From positions 64,001 to 128,000 of the forward strand of contig JBJXGI010000042.1 of assembly GCA_046153645.1 (NCBI GenBank): a DNA stretch of 64,000 nt, read 5' to 3'. The notes under the pieces were generated by a model, which made no database searches, was not told where the DNA came from, and saw nothing but the letters and a program-made list of their open reading frames with translations. The stretch comes from Elusimicrobiota bacterium (GTDB lineage: Bacteria; Elusimicrobiota; Elusimicrobia; F11). Made by a program: the position numbers and the translations under genes. Below, piece after piece: positions 1 to 10,584 of the stretch; the stretch's first letter is position 1; each line of letters opens with the position of its first letter.

Positions 1-526
1 CTTGAATTCCTTTGCCTCCAGCACCAGAAACAGCTTGGTAGGTGGCAACTCGAATTTTTTTAATAACAAAAGCATCATGCAAAGGCTTCAGAGCTACGAC
101 CATTTGAATGGTGGAACAATTCGGATTCGCAATTATTTTTTTATCTTTCGATAGGCAATGGGAATTAACCTCAGGAACAACGAGGGGTATGGCAGGATCC
201 ATTCTCCAAGCACTGGAATTATCAATAACAAATGTTCCATTTTTTGAAAATAGCGGAGCCAATTCTTTACTTGCTGTAGCCCCAGCAGAAAAAATAGCGA
301 CATCTAAACCTAAAATTGATTGATTATCAATTGTTTTAATTAAAATCTCTTTGCCATTGAACTTCGTTTTTTTTCCGAGAGACCGTTCACTTGCAAATAG
401 CTTAAGTTCAGCAATAGGGAATTTTCTATCTTCCAGGGTTTTAATCATTTCTAAACCAACTGCCCCAGTAGCACCTACAACCGCAACATTAAATGTTTTT
501 TTATTCGTTTTAATCATTGTTTCCAT
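1..526 (-). CDS. asd: Aspartate-semialdehyde dehydrogenase, 5' part (runs off the window edge; not in ORF track)
   Basis: Manual minus-strand translation from ATG 526 (or 517): FNVAVVGATGAVG, FASERS, IFSAG, VIDNSSAWRMDPAIPLVVPEVN, IIANPNCSTIQMV, ATYQAVSGAG. Confidence 0.95.
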   Translation of the reverse strand, partial: METMIKTNKKTFNVAVVGATGAVGLEMIKTLEDRKFPIAELKLFASERSLGKKTKFNGKEILIKTIDNQSILGLDVAIFSAGATASKELAPLFSKNGTFVIDNSSAWRMDPAIPLVVPEVNSHCLSKDKKIIANPNCSTIQMVVALKPLHDAFVIKKIRVATYQAVSGAGGKGIQ

Positions 527-625
527 ATAATATTTATTGATGAAATTATTCAGGATCTAAGCACGAAGGTTATCGAAATTCAATAAAGGAAAGTCGCAAC
601 AACATCGGCAGAAAATGCGAAAAAG

Positions 626-634
626 ATTATAGCA
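626..634 (-). promoter_or_regulatory. Extended -10 element (TGcTATAAT) about 100 nt upstream of asd
   Basis: Reverse complement of attatagca is TGCTATAAT, in the asd/ACT divergent intergenic region. Confidence 0.5.
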
Positions 635-699
635 TAGAGTGCGAATTTTTATAAGAGAAATATCGATTTTTTTATACTTATTTTTGATATTGTTTTTAT

Positions 700-1242
700 A
701 TGAAAAATCACTTTATTATTTGGGCTTTTGGGCCAGACAAACCTGGAATAGTTGCCGAAATTACAAAATTTCTATTCGAAGAAGAATGCAATCTTGAAGA
801 CTCTTCAATGATGCGACTTGGTTCAGAATTCGGAATCTTTATGATTTTTACTGGACCCAAAAAAATATTAAACACTAAAAATAAAGAAAGAATAAAAAAG
901 ATTGAATTTCACTTTCGCTTTAATATTGGAATAAAAGAAATTTCGAAAAAAGAAGCTAAATCTAACAAGATAAAAACAAACTCTTATATCGTCAAAGTGA
1001 CAGGACCTGACACTGCCGGAATCGTCTTTAAAATCACTTCCATTTTGGCAAAATTTGGTTTTAATATTTCAGATCTCTCAACCCATCGAACCAATTATAA
1101 AGGAAAGCCGGGATATATTTTATTCATTGAAGGAGAAATTAAAGCAGGGACATTCGCCTTTATAGATGGGGAACTAAAAAAAATGAGTAAAAACCTAAAT
1201 ATTCATGCTGATATCAAACCAATAGAAGTCGCCGCGTTATAA
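700..1242 (+). CDS. Tandem ACT-domain protein, GcvR-like
   Basis: Two ACT repeats (GPDKPGIVAEIT..NLEDSSM; GPDTAGIVFKIT..NISDL). Confidence 0.85.
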   Translation: MKNHFIIWAFGPDKPGIVAEITKFLFEEECNLEDSSMMRLGSEFGIFMIFTGPKKILNTKNKERIKKIEFHFRFNIGIKEISKKEAKSNKIKTNSYIVKVTGPDTAGIVFKITSILAKFGFNISDLSTHRTNYKGKPGYILFIEGEIKAGTFAFIDGELKKMSKNLNIHADIKPIEVAAL

Positions 1243-1764
1243 ATGACTGTCGAATCAATTCGTCTGTTTCCAGAGCCTGTTTTATCTACTCCTTGTCAAA
1301 AAATTACTTCTTTTGACGATCAACTTTATAATTTGGCTAAAAACTTAGAAGAAACTCTTTATCATTCTCCTGGTGTTGGATTGGCTGCTCCGCAAATTGG
1401 AGTTTCACTTCAAATAGCGGTCATTGATGTGGGGCGAAAACAAACAAAAAAAACTGCTGAGCCAAACCATGGATTTCTAACAATAATAAATCCTGTCATT
1501 CTGACAGGTGAGGGAACGCAAATCCCAAGAGAGGGTTGTTTGTCCGTTCCTGATTTACTAGCCAACGTTAATAGATTTCAAAAAGTACACATACAGTATC
1601 AAGATTTATTGGGAGCAAAACAAGAAATAATTGTCGAGGGCTTTGAAGCTCTTGCTTTTCAACATGAAATAGACCATTTAAATGGGCTTCTTTTTTTAGA
1701 CCGAGTTACCAATATAAAAACTGATATTTTCAGAAGAAAAAAAGATCGCCAAAAACACACCTAA
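1243..1764 (+). CDS. def: Peptide deformylase
   Basis: GVGLAAPQIG, EGCLS, QHEIDHLNG motifs. Confidence 0.97.
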   Translation: MTVESIRLFPEPVLSTPCQKITSFDDQLYNLAKNLEETLYHSPGVGLAAPQIGVSLQIAVIDVGRKQTKKTAEPNHGFLTIINPVILTGEGTQIPREGCLSVPDLLANVNRFQKVHIQYQDLLGAKQEIIVEGFEALAFQHEIDHLNGLLFLDRVTNIKTDIFRRKKDRQKHT

Positions 1765-1867
1765 AAAACAACTTGTTTTTAAATCTTCCGACGGAAAATT
1801 ATTGGCAAGAATTTCATCTCACCGATACACTTAAATCTATTCAAAACAAGGATAAGGATGAGGTACA

Positions 1868-3541
1868 GTGAATTTCCCTAAATTTAAAGATTTATTTTCA
1901 CTTTGGTTTCCCATGGCAACACCCGCTGCATCTGAAGAGAACGTGGTTGAAGACTTCACTGTTCTCAACGCAGAAACCGACCTGTACAATGAAAATTCTC
2001 GATTAATAAAATCAAAAAATAACGAACAAAATAACGTATTTCAAAAAATTAGATTTGATAATTTTATACGTCTTTGTACGGCATTGCCGGTATTTGTGGT
2101 TTCAGTTCTCTTATGGTGGGGTGGGGCTTTAAACCATATTTTCGCTATAACAATTACATTTATCTTGTTTAGTTTTGTTCAATTTACTGCTTGTTTGTTT
2201 TTTCTCCAAACTAAAAAACCCAAAGTATTAGATACATTTTTATGCTCTATGGATTTAGTGGCCATGGGAACGGGTATACACTTGACGGGGGGAATGAATA
2301 GCCCTCTTATGTTTATGTTTTTCATTCCATTTATCATTCAAGCCTTCCATCGTAATTGGAAAATGATCATATTTTACGGAATTGGCGGAATCATCGTTTT
2401 AAGTCTCGTAGAACTTTTCTCACTTGAGCCAAAATCATCTTTTCCCATATTAGACTTCACAGCCAGAGTTTTCTTTCACGCTCTGACCACAACCATCGCT
2501 GCTTTAGGAGTTTATTTGTTAGAAAAAAAAGAAGTGGGGGATGCCATTGGACTATCTCGACTGAGATTGATTAATAGAATTACTCAAAGATTAAATCACG
2601 TACAAGCCTATAGTGACGTTCTTTTTACCTCCAGAGAAATTTTAGATTTATTGCAATCAGAGTGGGGAAACTCATATTGGTTTCAATTCCTACTGATTGA
2701 AGAAGATGGTTTTAACTTGAAAAACATTTCATCAAAGAAGAACTCTGATTGGGATATCTTAGAACAAGAATCGTATAAAGTTTTTGTTAATTCATTCGAA
2801 AACAAAATACTTTCTATACAGAAATTCGAGGAAACACTAAAAACAGGGGAACATTTTTCCATTTTAGGTTCGTATCAACTTTTTTCAATTACTGGGTCTG
2901 ATAACAAACCACACGGCATTCTTGTTGTTGGTTCCAAAAAAACATCCGCTTTTTCAAGTGAAGACAACAAATTCCTACAATTCATTGTGAAATCAATAGG
3001 ATTAACACTTCAAAGGCTTTATGTTTTTGATGAATTACGAAAAATAACGGAAATGGAAAGTTGTGCCGCGGCAATAAACCTAAATTCAAGTCGAAGCATA
3101 AACTTAGTTTATAGTTCAATTATTGAAGGGATCCTTTCTGTCATTAACGCAGATCAAGCTTGCCTTATGATGTGGAGCAACGAAACTCAAACTCTTACTC
3201 CTATAGAAGCAAAAGGCCCTTACGCTCAAAAAGAACTTGAAATTAAATTCCCAATGGGAGAGGGGATTTTAAATCATGTGTTAAAAACAGGGGAAGTTAT
3301 TTTCTGCAACGGGGTGATAGAAGATAAAATTTATCAATCTCAAAAAATACCTATGAAATCTTTTATTTGTCTCCCTTTATGGAATGTAAGAGGAAAACCC
3401 ATCGGAGTTATTACAGCTATGAAATTCATTGAAGAGAAAGGATTTTCAAGCACTGAAATTGGCGTGGCTGCCACTTTTGCCGCTCGTTGCTCCGTTGCGC
3501 TCGAAAATGCCATTAACCAACCACAAAAAATGGCCGCTTAA
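1868..3541 (+). CDS. Multi-TM membrane protein with two GAF-like domains and no output domain
   Basis: About 5-6 TM helices, then GAF signatures (GILVVGS..FSSED..LQF; MGEGI..V..TGE..SFICLPL..IGVI..FS..E..ALENA). Confidence 0.75.
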   Translation: MNFPKFKDLFSLWFPMATPAASEENVVEDFTVLNAETDLYNENSRLIKSKNNEQNNVFQKIRFDNFIRLCTALPVFVVSVLLWWGGALNHIFAITITFILFSFVQFTACLFFLQTKKPKVLDTFLCSMDLVAMGTGIHLTGGMNSPLMFMFFIPFIIQAFHRNWKMIIFYGIGGIIVLSLVELFSLEPKSSFPILDFTARVFFHALTTTIAALGVYLLEKKEVGDAIGLSRLRLINRITQRLNHVQAYSDVLFTSREILDLLQSEWGNSYWFQFLLIEEDGFNLKNISSKKNSDWDILEQESYKVFVNSFENKILSIQKFEETLKTGEHFSILGSYQLFSITGSDNKPHGILVVGSKKTSAFSSEDNKFLQFIVKSIGLTLQRLYVFDELRKITEMESCAAAINLNSSRSINLVYSSIIEGILSVINADQACLMMWSNETQTLTPIEAKGPYAQKELEIKFPMGEGILNHVLKTGEVIFCNGVIEDKIYQSQKIPMKSFICLPLWNVRGKPIGVITAMKFIEEKGFSSTEIGVAATFAARCSVALENAINQPQKMAA

Positions 3542-4812
3542 TTTTTCTTTTTCTCAGATTTTTTATCTAATTTTTTATCGGTTTTTTTATCGACAGGTAT
3601 TGAATCTTCCTTGGGATCGGGTTTCATTTTATATTGAGAAAAAGGTTTTTCAGCGCCAAACGAATTTTCGTTTCCCGAAGGCAAATAGGCCGCCTTGGTA
3701 TAACGACAGAGTGGATTCCAAATAAGCCACTCTCCGACACCCTGATCAGCGGATGCTTCAATTTGATCACGAACATGATTTGCTGTGTATTTAACTCCTA
3801 AACTAAAATCCTGAAGCCAAGGCCGCAGCTGAACTGGTGAATTTTTTAAGACTTTCTTCGTGTCTTTGATACTTCGGTAAATTGTCTCGTACGGGCTAGA
3901 ATTTGGATCTTTTAAACCAAATTCTCCAGGGTAATAGTGTGATGGATACATCATGGGTGAAATAATATCCACATGAGAAATCATGCGATCCATTTTTTGT
4001 CCTATTCCCATATCATCATCATAAGATCCTGTCAGGCCAAAAACATCAATAGAAAAAGGTGTGTTCAGAGCCTTCATTCTTTTATGTGTTGCTTCTAGGA
4101 ATTGAGCCAGCGCATCAATAGAGTTTGCTTTTGAATGTGGCTTAGAATAAACACACTGTTTTGTGGGACCATCAGAAGGAAATCGAATGTAATCAAATTG
4201 AATCTCTTGAAACCCGAGTGCGACAGCTTTTTCGGCAATGGCAATATTATAATTCCAAACATTTTTATCATAAGGGTCAGCCCATGCGGAGCCTTTCCGA
4301 TCAACCCAAATATCTTTGCGGTACCCTTTTTCAACAGCTTTAGAAATAGGAAGAGAAGATTTAATGGCCCACTCTGGTTTCCACTTAGCCACTCGATTAT
4401 CATGAAAAACCGCAATTCTCGCAATACAATAAATTCCTCGCTCTTTTAAAAATTGAAGATATTCTTTGATATCTGGCATTGCTTTAACAAAATTCTCTTT
4501 ACCATCTAATTTCACACCAGGAATATAAACCTCTCCATCTGATTCTTTTACATCAATAACAACTGTGTTAATTTCTGTATCGGCGAGGAGTCTTTCAAAA
4601 CGGGGTCTTAATTTTTTACTTCCTGTAACCCAAGAGGTTAAATGAATTCCTTTTACACAAGGGGGAGGGCCATCAATGGCATCGCCCCATAAAACAATAG
4701 GCGCAGTCGATTTTTGAATTTGGGGAGAGGCTTCCTCTTGAGCATTAGACGAGCATCCAATAACCCCCAAGCTAAAAAGAGCTAAAAATAGAAAGGCAGA
4801 ATTTTTTTTCAA
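3538..4812 (-). CDS. Lipoprotein, putative glycoside hydrolase (DUF4015-like)
   Basis: Lipobox VIGC; INTVVIDVK, IARIAVFHD, EIQFDYIRFP, SPMMYPSHY, RPWLQDF. Confidence 0.8.
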   Translation of the reverse strand: MKKNSAFLFLALFSLGVIGCSSNAQEEASPQIQKSTAPIVLWGDAIDGPPPCVKGIHLTSWVTGSKKLRPRFERLLADTEINTVVIDVKESDGEVYIPGVKLDGKENFVKAMPDIKEYLQFLKERGIYCIARIAVFHDNRVAKWKPEWAIKSSLPISKAVEKGYRKDIWVDRKGSAWADPYDKNVWNYNIAIAEKAVALGFQEIQFDYIRFPSDGPTKQCVYSKPHSKANSIDALAQFLEATHKRMKALNTPFSIDVFGLTGSYDDDMGIGQKMDRMISHVDIISPMMYPSHYYPGEFGLKDPNSSPYETIYRSIKDTKKVLKNSPVQLRPWLQDFSLGVKYTANHVRDQIEASADQGVGEWLIWNPLCRYTKAAYLPSGNENSFGAEKPFSQYKMKPDPKEDSIPVDKKTDKKLDKKSEKKKN

Positions 4813-4819
4813 GATGACT

Positions 4820-5293
4820 TTAGAGAGAGGTTTCGATTTTCAAAATTTTAAAAGTTGTTTTCCCACCAGGTAAATTAATTTCTACTTCTTCATTAACTTT
4901 ATGTCCTAATAAACCTTGTGCGATAGGGGCATGAACAGAAATTTTTCCAGCTTCAGGATCTGCTTCTTCGGTGCCAACCAACGTATATTCATATTCTTCA
5001 TTGTCACTTAAATCTTTAATTTTGACTTTCGTGCCAATAATAACTTCCCCTTTCGGGAGATCAAGATCGTCTATAATTTTAGCTTGGTTTAACTTGGTAT
5101 GAATCTCAGCAATTCTGCGAAGTGTTTCGCTCTGTTTTTCGCGCGCGAAATGATATCCGGCATTTTCTCTCAAATCTCCCTGCTCTCGGGTTTCTCCGAT
5201 TTCAATGGAAAGATCTTTCTTTCTTTGTTCTAACATTTTTAATTCCTGCATTAGCTTTTCATAGCCAGCACGGGAAACATAAGTTTCGCTCAC
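4820..5293 (-). CDS. greA: Transcription elongation factor GreA
   Basis: GDLRENAGY, IS..APIAQGLLG; start moved to GTG 5293 behind SD GAGGAG. Confidence 0.95.
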   Translation of the reverse strand: MSETYVSRAGYEKLMQELKMLEQRKKDLSIEIGETREQGDLRENAGYHFAREKQSETLRRIAEIHTKLNQAKIIDDLDLPKGEVIIGTKVKIKDLSDNEEYEYTLVGTEEADPEAGKISVHAPIAQGLLGHKVNEEVEINLPGGKTTFKILKIETSL

Positions 5294-5320
5294 AATAAAG
5301 CTCCTCAAACCTTAAATAAT

Positions 5321-7423
5321 CTACAACAGTTGTTTTTTTAACTCTTCGACTTCAGACGTCGGCTTTTGACATTGTCCATTGGCACAAACATAGACTACTG
5401 ATTTTTCTTCCGAAATCTCCAAGCTCTCAACGAATGGAATGATCTTAGCAAGTTTATTTAAAAATGTTCCATTTTCTATTGGTAAAACCATAATTCCAGG
5501 CTTTCTAAACTTAAATACCGTTTTCAGCAATTCTTGAAATTTTGATTGGCTTTTTTCCCCAATGACCACAATATGCCCAGGATTTTTTTGTATTAACAAT
5601 AACCCCTGAAGCGCATAAGAAAGACCAAGTGGATGAATATCAATTATTTTAGAGAACGCATGAAGAGTTTTTTCGCCCATCTCAACCCATTTTTGGTTTC
5701 CAGTTAAATATCCTAAACGGAGTCCATTTCTTACCGCCACCGAATTGCCAGAAGGAATCACATTATCCGTATCATCCTTCATTCTGACAATAAGATCTGG
5801 GAGAGAGGTGTTCATGAAATACCCTCCATTAATGGGATCAAAAAATAATTGATTCTGTTTCTCATGAAGGTCCATGGCCCAGGTTAACCATTCTTGATTC
5901 CCGGTTGATTCAAAAAGATTCAATAAACCTTCGACCAACATGGCATAATCAACTTGTTGCCCCAATATTTTTCGCTCGCCATCTTTCCATCGGCGATACA
6001 ATTCCTTTTTTTCGCCGTCATAAAGATTCTCTAAAATAAACCGCGCTGTCCGCTCCGCTGAGTCAATATAACTTTTATTTGAAAATACTTGCCCTGCCAC
6101 AGAAAGTGAAGAAATGAGAAGACCGTTCCATTCAGTAATGACTTTTTCGTCACGATGAGGGCGTATTCGTTTTAGCCGTTCTTTGAAAAGAATATTTTTG
6201 CATTCTGTTAAAACAGTCGATATTTCATCTTTGGATTTATTAAAACGCTGCGCAGTTTCCTCAAGGCTCTGCCCCAGGACCAGGATATTCTTTCCTAATT
6301 CACCCGAATGCGGATCCATAAAATTTCCGTTCACACTCAGACCAAAATGAAAAATAAAAATTTCGGCTTTTTGCTCAGGTAACAAGTTTGATAATTGAGC
6401 CAGCGTCCATAAATAGAAGGTCCCTTCTTGCCCCTCGCTATCTGCATCTTCACCAGAGAAAAAACCACCCTGAGAATGTTGTAAATCTCTCAAACAATAC
6501 CCAATTGATTCGTCAGTAATTCTTGTCCATTTAGCATCGCCCGTCACTTTATAAAGATGCGAACACACGCCAATTAACTGCGCATTATCATAAAGCATCT
6601 TTTCAAAGTGAGGAACAACCCACCTCTCATCAGTTGAATAACGAGCAAACCCACCACCCAACTGATCATAAAGACCGCCCTCACCCATTTTTTCCATTGT
6701 CACTTGAACCATGTGTAAAGCAGTGGGGTCTTGTGTGATCTCGTGATAATTGAGGAGAAAATTTAAATAGACTGGCATTGGGAATTTCGGCGCCTTTCCA
6801 AAACCACCATTGACTGAATCAAATAACTTTTTAAGTGATTCAAAAGCTTTTAACGAAGCCACTTCAAAAGAAGGCAGCTCATTAGATTGATTTAAATTAT
6901 ATTTTGAAGATTCTTGAATAGACTCAACAATGCTAGAGGAAGCTTCCACAACTTGGTCCTTATTATTTATATATGCCATGGCTAATTGTTCAATAACCGT
7001 TTTAAAACCAGGGCGACCATATCGATCTGAAGGAGGAAAATAGGTTCCCGCATAAAAAGGTTTGAGCTCTGGAGTTAGCCAAACGGACATAGGCCATCCT
7101 CCTGAACCTGTTAAAGCTTGAACGGCTGCCATGTAAATGGCATCAACATCCGGACGTTCTTCTCTATCAATTTTTATATTAATGAAGTGTTTATTCATCA
7201 GCTCAGCAGTTTCAACGTCTTCAAAAGATTCGTGGGCCATCACATGGCACCAATGGCAAGTTGAATACCCAATGGAAAGAAAAATGGACTTATTAAGCTC
7301 CTTGGCTTTTAAAAATGCCTCTTCACCCCACGGATACCAATCAACGGGGTTATACGCATGCTGTAATAAATAAGGACTTTTTTCATGAATAAGCCTATTC
7401 GGAGATAAAGGTAATGAATTCAT
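5321..7423 (-). CDS. Thioredoxin-domain YyaL/SPATA20-family protein
   Basis: [42 protein letters not shown]. Confidence 0.93.
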   Translation of the reverse strand: MNSLPLSPNRLIHEKSPYLLQHAYNPVDWYPWGEEAFLKAKELNKSIFLSIGYSTCHWCHVMAHESFEDVETAELMNKHFINIKIDREERPDVDAIYMAAVQALTGSGGWPMSVWLTPELKPFYAGTYFPPSDRYGRPGFKTVIEQLAMAYINNKDQVVEASSSIVESIQESSKYNLNQSNELPSFEVASLKAFESLKKLFDSVNGGFGKAPKFPMPVYLNFLLNYHEITQDPTALHMVQVTMEKMGEGGLYDQLGGGFARYSTDERWVVPHFEKMLYDNAQLIGVCSHLYKVTGDAKWTRITDESIGYCLRDLQHSQGGFFSGEDADSEGQEGTFYLWTLAQLSNLLPEQKAEIFIFHFGLSVNGNFMDPHSGELGKNILVLGQSLEETAQRFNKSKDEISTVLTECKNILFKERLKRIRPHRDEKVITEWNGLLISSLSVAGQVFSNKSYIDSAERTARFILENLYDGEKKELYRRWKDGERKILGQQVDYAMLVEGLLNLFESTGNQEWLTWAMDLHEKQNQLFFDPINGGYFMNTSLPDLIVRMKDDTDNVIPSGNSVAVRNGLRLGYLTGNQKWVEMGEKTLHAFSKIIDIHPLGLSYALQGLLLIQKNPGHIVVIGEKSQSKFQELLKTVFKFRKPGIMVLPIENGTFLNKLAKIIPFVESLEISEEKSVVYVCANGQCQKPTSEVEELKKQLL

Positions 7424-7427
7424 TAAA

Positions 7428-9098
7428 TTATTGATAAACCCATATTTTTTCTGAAGAGCTTTTCAACTTAAACACCAAGAGGTCCTCTTTTTCAAATATT
7501 TTTTCATAACTGGGACTTTGTTCTAATTCACCAATAGACTGGGTTAATTCTTTCAACGTATAAGGAATCGAGTTCCCTTTTCGATCACAAACAATATATT
7601 CCGGGTTGGCCAGATGTTTGATTTGTAACACCCCCATATGATCTCCCACAGGAAATATTTGGACAAAACGGCGAGAATCAAAATGAGGGAGTAAATTTTG
7701 TTGCCCCGCTAGTGAAGCATCGAATGGAATTATTTTTTTTATTTCTTCAAAAGCCAAAATTTTATTTTTATGTGTAAAACGGGAAAATTTTGGAGAGCAG
7801 TAAACTCCAATAGCCGCAGTAATAAATATCGCCCCTAAACATATTTGACGTTTATTAATAAACCATGGTTTTTGGTTTAATTTCATAAATCCAAAAACAG
7901 CGCCAACAAATAAAAAAGCTTGCGAAGGCAAGGCGTAAATATCAGCTAAATTGAGTTGAGTTTGAGCTTGTGAAAGAATATGTGGGGCCAAACTTAAAAT
8001 AACGGGAATAAGAAATAAAGGAGAAAGAAGTGGCAACCCCAATACGGGGAAAATGTAACACAACGACGTAAAATATTTTTGAGGGTAATAACATAACGCC
8101 TGAAATAGGGCACCTGGATTAAAAAACATATTAATAATGATCTCTCGAGTTGTTTTACCAAAAATGGGGTAACGTTCTGCCATTAATGAAGTTTCTCCCG
8201 TTTGAATAAACGTGGGAATAAAAAATTTAAATTGATATATAAAAATTCCCAGCGCGCACAATATTAAACAAAAGCCGACCTTTTTCCAGCCTTTTTGAAA
8301 AACGAGAAAAATACCAAAACCAGTTAAAACAATTGAAACATCTTCCTTGGCGAAAAGCGCAAATAGCGCAAATAAAAAAGTGGCCACCTTTTTTCCAGAT
8401 ATCCAAGCCAACAATGCCAAAAAAAGCATCGGGATTTGCCATGAATCAGGATGAAAGTCATTTTGAATATTGTGCGCAATGTAAGGTGAAGACGCATAAA
8501 GTAAAAACCCAATTAATGAATAGGAAAAAGAACCTGTTAGTTTTTTTATAATTAATCCCAATACCGGAATTCCACTGGCAATAAATAAAGCCTGAAAAAC
8601 CAAAAGCACTTCTGCCCCAGGATAAAATTTATAGAAAAAAGAAATGGGCCATAAAATCCAATTGGTATGAATGGCCATAAAACATTGCTCTAAAAGAGAA
8701 GAGTAAAACCAATGCCCATAGGCTGTATTGAAACAAATATTGGAAAAAAACCCCAAATCCAGCGCGTGTGTTTGCAAAGAGGTGTGAGCGTAAAGTTTAT
8801 AACTAACAACACCAGAAACATAACAACACCACAGAAGAAAAAACAAAATGACCTGCCTCTGTAAACTTAATTGGTCTAAATATTGTCTCAATTGAGAAAA
8901 GAAAGTTATCCCGTTTTTAAAAAAAATAACCCATAAACCCACAAGGGCTAGAATAATAATAATGAATGTTTTAAGTGAACGAATCGAAAGAGGACTACCG
9001 AAAAATTCCGTTTGAATAGAAAAGTGCCAAGGAAAAAGGGCGTTGAAAATACCCAGAAAAATAATAACGAAAATCATCAAATAAAAATATTTTTTCAA
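7428..9098 (-). CDS. DUF2079-like polytopic membrane protein (GT-C-type glycosyltransferase candidate)
   Basis: More than 10 TMs; DLG.F, DFHP and KED motifs; start revised to TTG 9098 (or ATG 9077) because the longer ORF overlaps the tRNA. Confidence 0.75.
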   Translation of the reverse strand: MKKYFYLMIFVIIFLGIFNALFPWHFSIQTEFFGSPLSIRSLKTFIIIILALVGLWVIFFKNGITFFSQLRQYLDQLSLQRQVILFFLLWCCYVSGVVSYKLYAHTSLQTHALDLGFFSNICFNTAYGHWFYSSLLEQCFMAIHTNWILWPISFFYKFYPGAEVLLVFQALFIASGIPVLGLIIKKLTGSFSYSLIGFLLYASSPYIAHNIQNDFHPDSWQIPMLFLALLAWISGKKVATFLFALFALFAKEDVSIVLTGFGIFLVFQKGWKKVGFCLILCALGIFIYQFKFFIPTFIQTGETSLMAERYPIFGKTTREIIINMFFNPGALFQALCYYPQKYFTSLCYIFPVLGLPLLSPLFLIPVILSLAPHILSQAQTQLNLADIYALPSQAFLFVGAVFGFMKLNQKPWFINKRQICLGAIFITAAIGVYCSPKFSRFTHKNKILAFEEIKKIIPFDASLAGQQNLLPHFDSRRFVQIFPVGDHMGVLQIKHLANPEYIVCDRKGNSIPYTLKELTQSIGELEQSPSYEKIFEKEDLLVFKLKSSSEKIWVYQ

Positions 9099-9153
9099 TT
9101 GAGAACGCTTCCAGTTTAAATATTGAATTGGGTATAGACCAAGAAATTTGGAA

Positions 9154-9244
9154 CGGAGGGGGGGGGATTCGAACCCCCGATATAGCTTTTCAACCATATA
9201 GCGGTTTAGCAAACCGCCGCACTAGGCCACTATGCGACCCCTCC
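9154..9244 (-). tRNA. tRNA-Ser (anticodon GCT); CCA not encoded directly after the discriminator
   Basis: Cloverleaf: acceptor GGAGGGG/CCCCTCC, anticodon arm GCGGT-TTGCTAA-ACCGC, long variable arm, T-arm GGGGG-TTCGAAT-CCCCC, discriminator G; TATAAT at 9255-9260. Confidence 0.97.
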
Positions 9245-9298
9245 AAAAGAAATCATTATAAACTATTTTCTTAAGCTATGATAAAAAGAGATTATTCT

Positions 9299-9592
9299 TC
9301 AGTCTCTTAATCCTTCTTGCATATAATCAACCACGAGATTAATGATTTGTTTAACGGTCTGACTACAAGATTTGAAAGATATCCGTTCAAGAACTTCAAA
9401 ACCATAATTTCGAAAAATATCACTGATAAGCGCGTGAATAAAAGACTGGGTTGCAGTGTCTACCTTATCGAAATCAAGGACAACATCTTCATTTTTGTTA
9501 AGAGCAGGAACAATATCATTTAAGCGAATATTTCTTGCCACATCTTTGTTTTCGGCGAAGGCACCCGCCTTATCAAAAATGGAAATGTTCAT
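9299..9592 (-). CDS. Small STAS-like domain protein (DUF4325-like)
   Basis: VVLDFDKVDTATQSFIHAL motif, 97 aa; 4-nt overlap with the upstream kinase gene. Confidence 0.85.
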   Translation of the reverse strand: MNISIFDKAGAFAENKDVARNIRLNDIVPALNKNEDVVLDFDKVDTATQSFIHALISDIFRNYGFEVLERISFKSCSQTVKQIINLVVDYMQEGLRD

Positions 9593-10548
9593 ATAAATTT
9601 GGGTTTATGAAAACGTGCTTCTTTACGTTCACGTATCGCAGTGCTGTAGGTTTTTCGGATCGCTTCTAAAAGAAGTGAAAATTCTGCTGTCTGATCAAGC
9701 GTCATATCAATTCCAACAAGGGTGCCAAACCAATGAGGCATGTTTTCTCCTATTGAATGTCGATCTTTAAACGGATCGGCGTGCAACGAAGATCTCTTAC
9801 TTGTTTTTTTAAGCAATTTATAAAAACCGCTCCCACTATAGACGACAAAATAATCTCTGTTCACATGGGCTATAGATTTAATAAAAAAAAGACCCGCTCC
9901 TGCATTTTGTTCGGTCCCGCCTTCATTTTTTGTTTTTCCTGTGATTCCCGGCATTAACGCCATACGAATCCCATCTATATCCGTTTTGGCCAAATGGGAC
10001 TGATTGATTGAAGCTTTGATTCCCATTCCAGTGTCCGCAATTCCAATTCGAATCACATTACTCTTTGGATAATATTGGGCACAAAGAAGAGCTCCATATA
10101 GAGATTCTGAATGTTCAAGCACATTTCTCACCAATTCACTGACTATATAACCGATTGTTTTGGCCTGCTCAGCTTCCACATGGAGAAGTGGAATCATTTC
10201 AGTAATAAACTTGCTTAATTCTTCGGAGGTTTTAATTTGAGTAAGTGGAATAAATCGTCCGGCTGGTTCATGTTCAGTGATGCGAATATCCGTTGGAACA
10301 TTTAAAATTTTAAACAGTCCCATCCGAACCAAGTAATGTTTTGAACGCGCTTCTAATTTTTCACAATGGAAATTTTCCGGTTTAATGGTCATGCCAAGCG
10401 CCGCAATCATAGAGAGCACAAAAGGGTGAACGGAAATCCATTTACTATTGGCCGTCATTTCTAATATTTCAGGTGTTGATGGATCAAAGCTTCGCAAAAA
10501 AGGATCTATATTTCCTAAAAACGCACTATTGGGTAAGTGTATTCTCAT
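9589..10548 (-). CDS. GHKL/HATPase (RsbW/SpoIIAB-like kinase) with N-terminal STAS-like region
   Basis: N box ELVRNVLEHS, G1 IADTGMGI, G2 NAGAGL; no HisKA; start revised to ATG 10548, 6 nt after TATAAT. Confidence 0.85.
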   Translation of the reverse strand: MRIHLPNSAFLGNIDPFLRSFDPSTPEILEMTANSKWISVHPFVLSMIAALGMTIKPENFHCEKLEARSKHYLVRMGLFKILNVPTDIRITEHEPAGRFIPLTQIKTSEELSKFITEMIPLLHVEAEQAKTIGYIVSELVRNVLEHSESLYGALLCAQYYPKSNVIRIGIADTGMGIKASINQSHLAKTDIDGIRMALMPGITGKTKNEGGTEQNAGAGLFFIKSIAHVNRDYFVVYSGSGFYKLLKKTSKRSSLHADPFKDRHSIGENMPHWFGTLVGIDMTLDQTAEFSLLLEAIRKTYSTAIRERKEARFHKPKFI

Positions 10549-10554
10549 ATCAGA

Positions 10555-10584
10555 ATTATACCGGGAATCCCGGTATTTTGTCAA
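10555..10584 (-). promoter_or_regulatory. Consensus sigma70 promoter TTGACA-N18-TATAAT, probably giving a leaderless mRNA
   Basis: TGTCAA at 10579-10584 and ATTATA at 10555-10560 on the + strand. Confidence 0.85.

Noticed and set aside
108..323. ORF-track 71-aa + strand ORF and the many other short ORFs nested in or antisense to long genes
   Set aside because: They are shadows of well-supported genes (here asd) with no motifs or RBS.
1802..1817. TTGGCA resembling a sigma54 -24 element
   Set aside because: No GC at the -12 position.
9158..9166. G9 homopolymer as a phase-variable tract
   Set aside because: Fully explained by the tRNA T-stem (5 C) plus acceptor stem (4 C).
9099..9212. N-terminal extension of ORF 7428-9212
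   Set aside because: It runs through the tRNA-Ser gene; TTG 9098 or ATG 9077 is more plausible.
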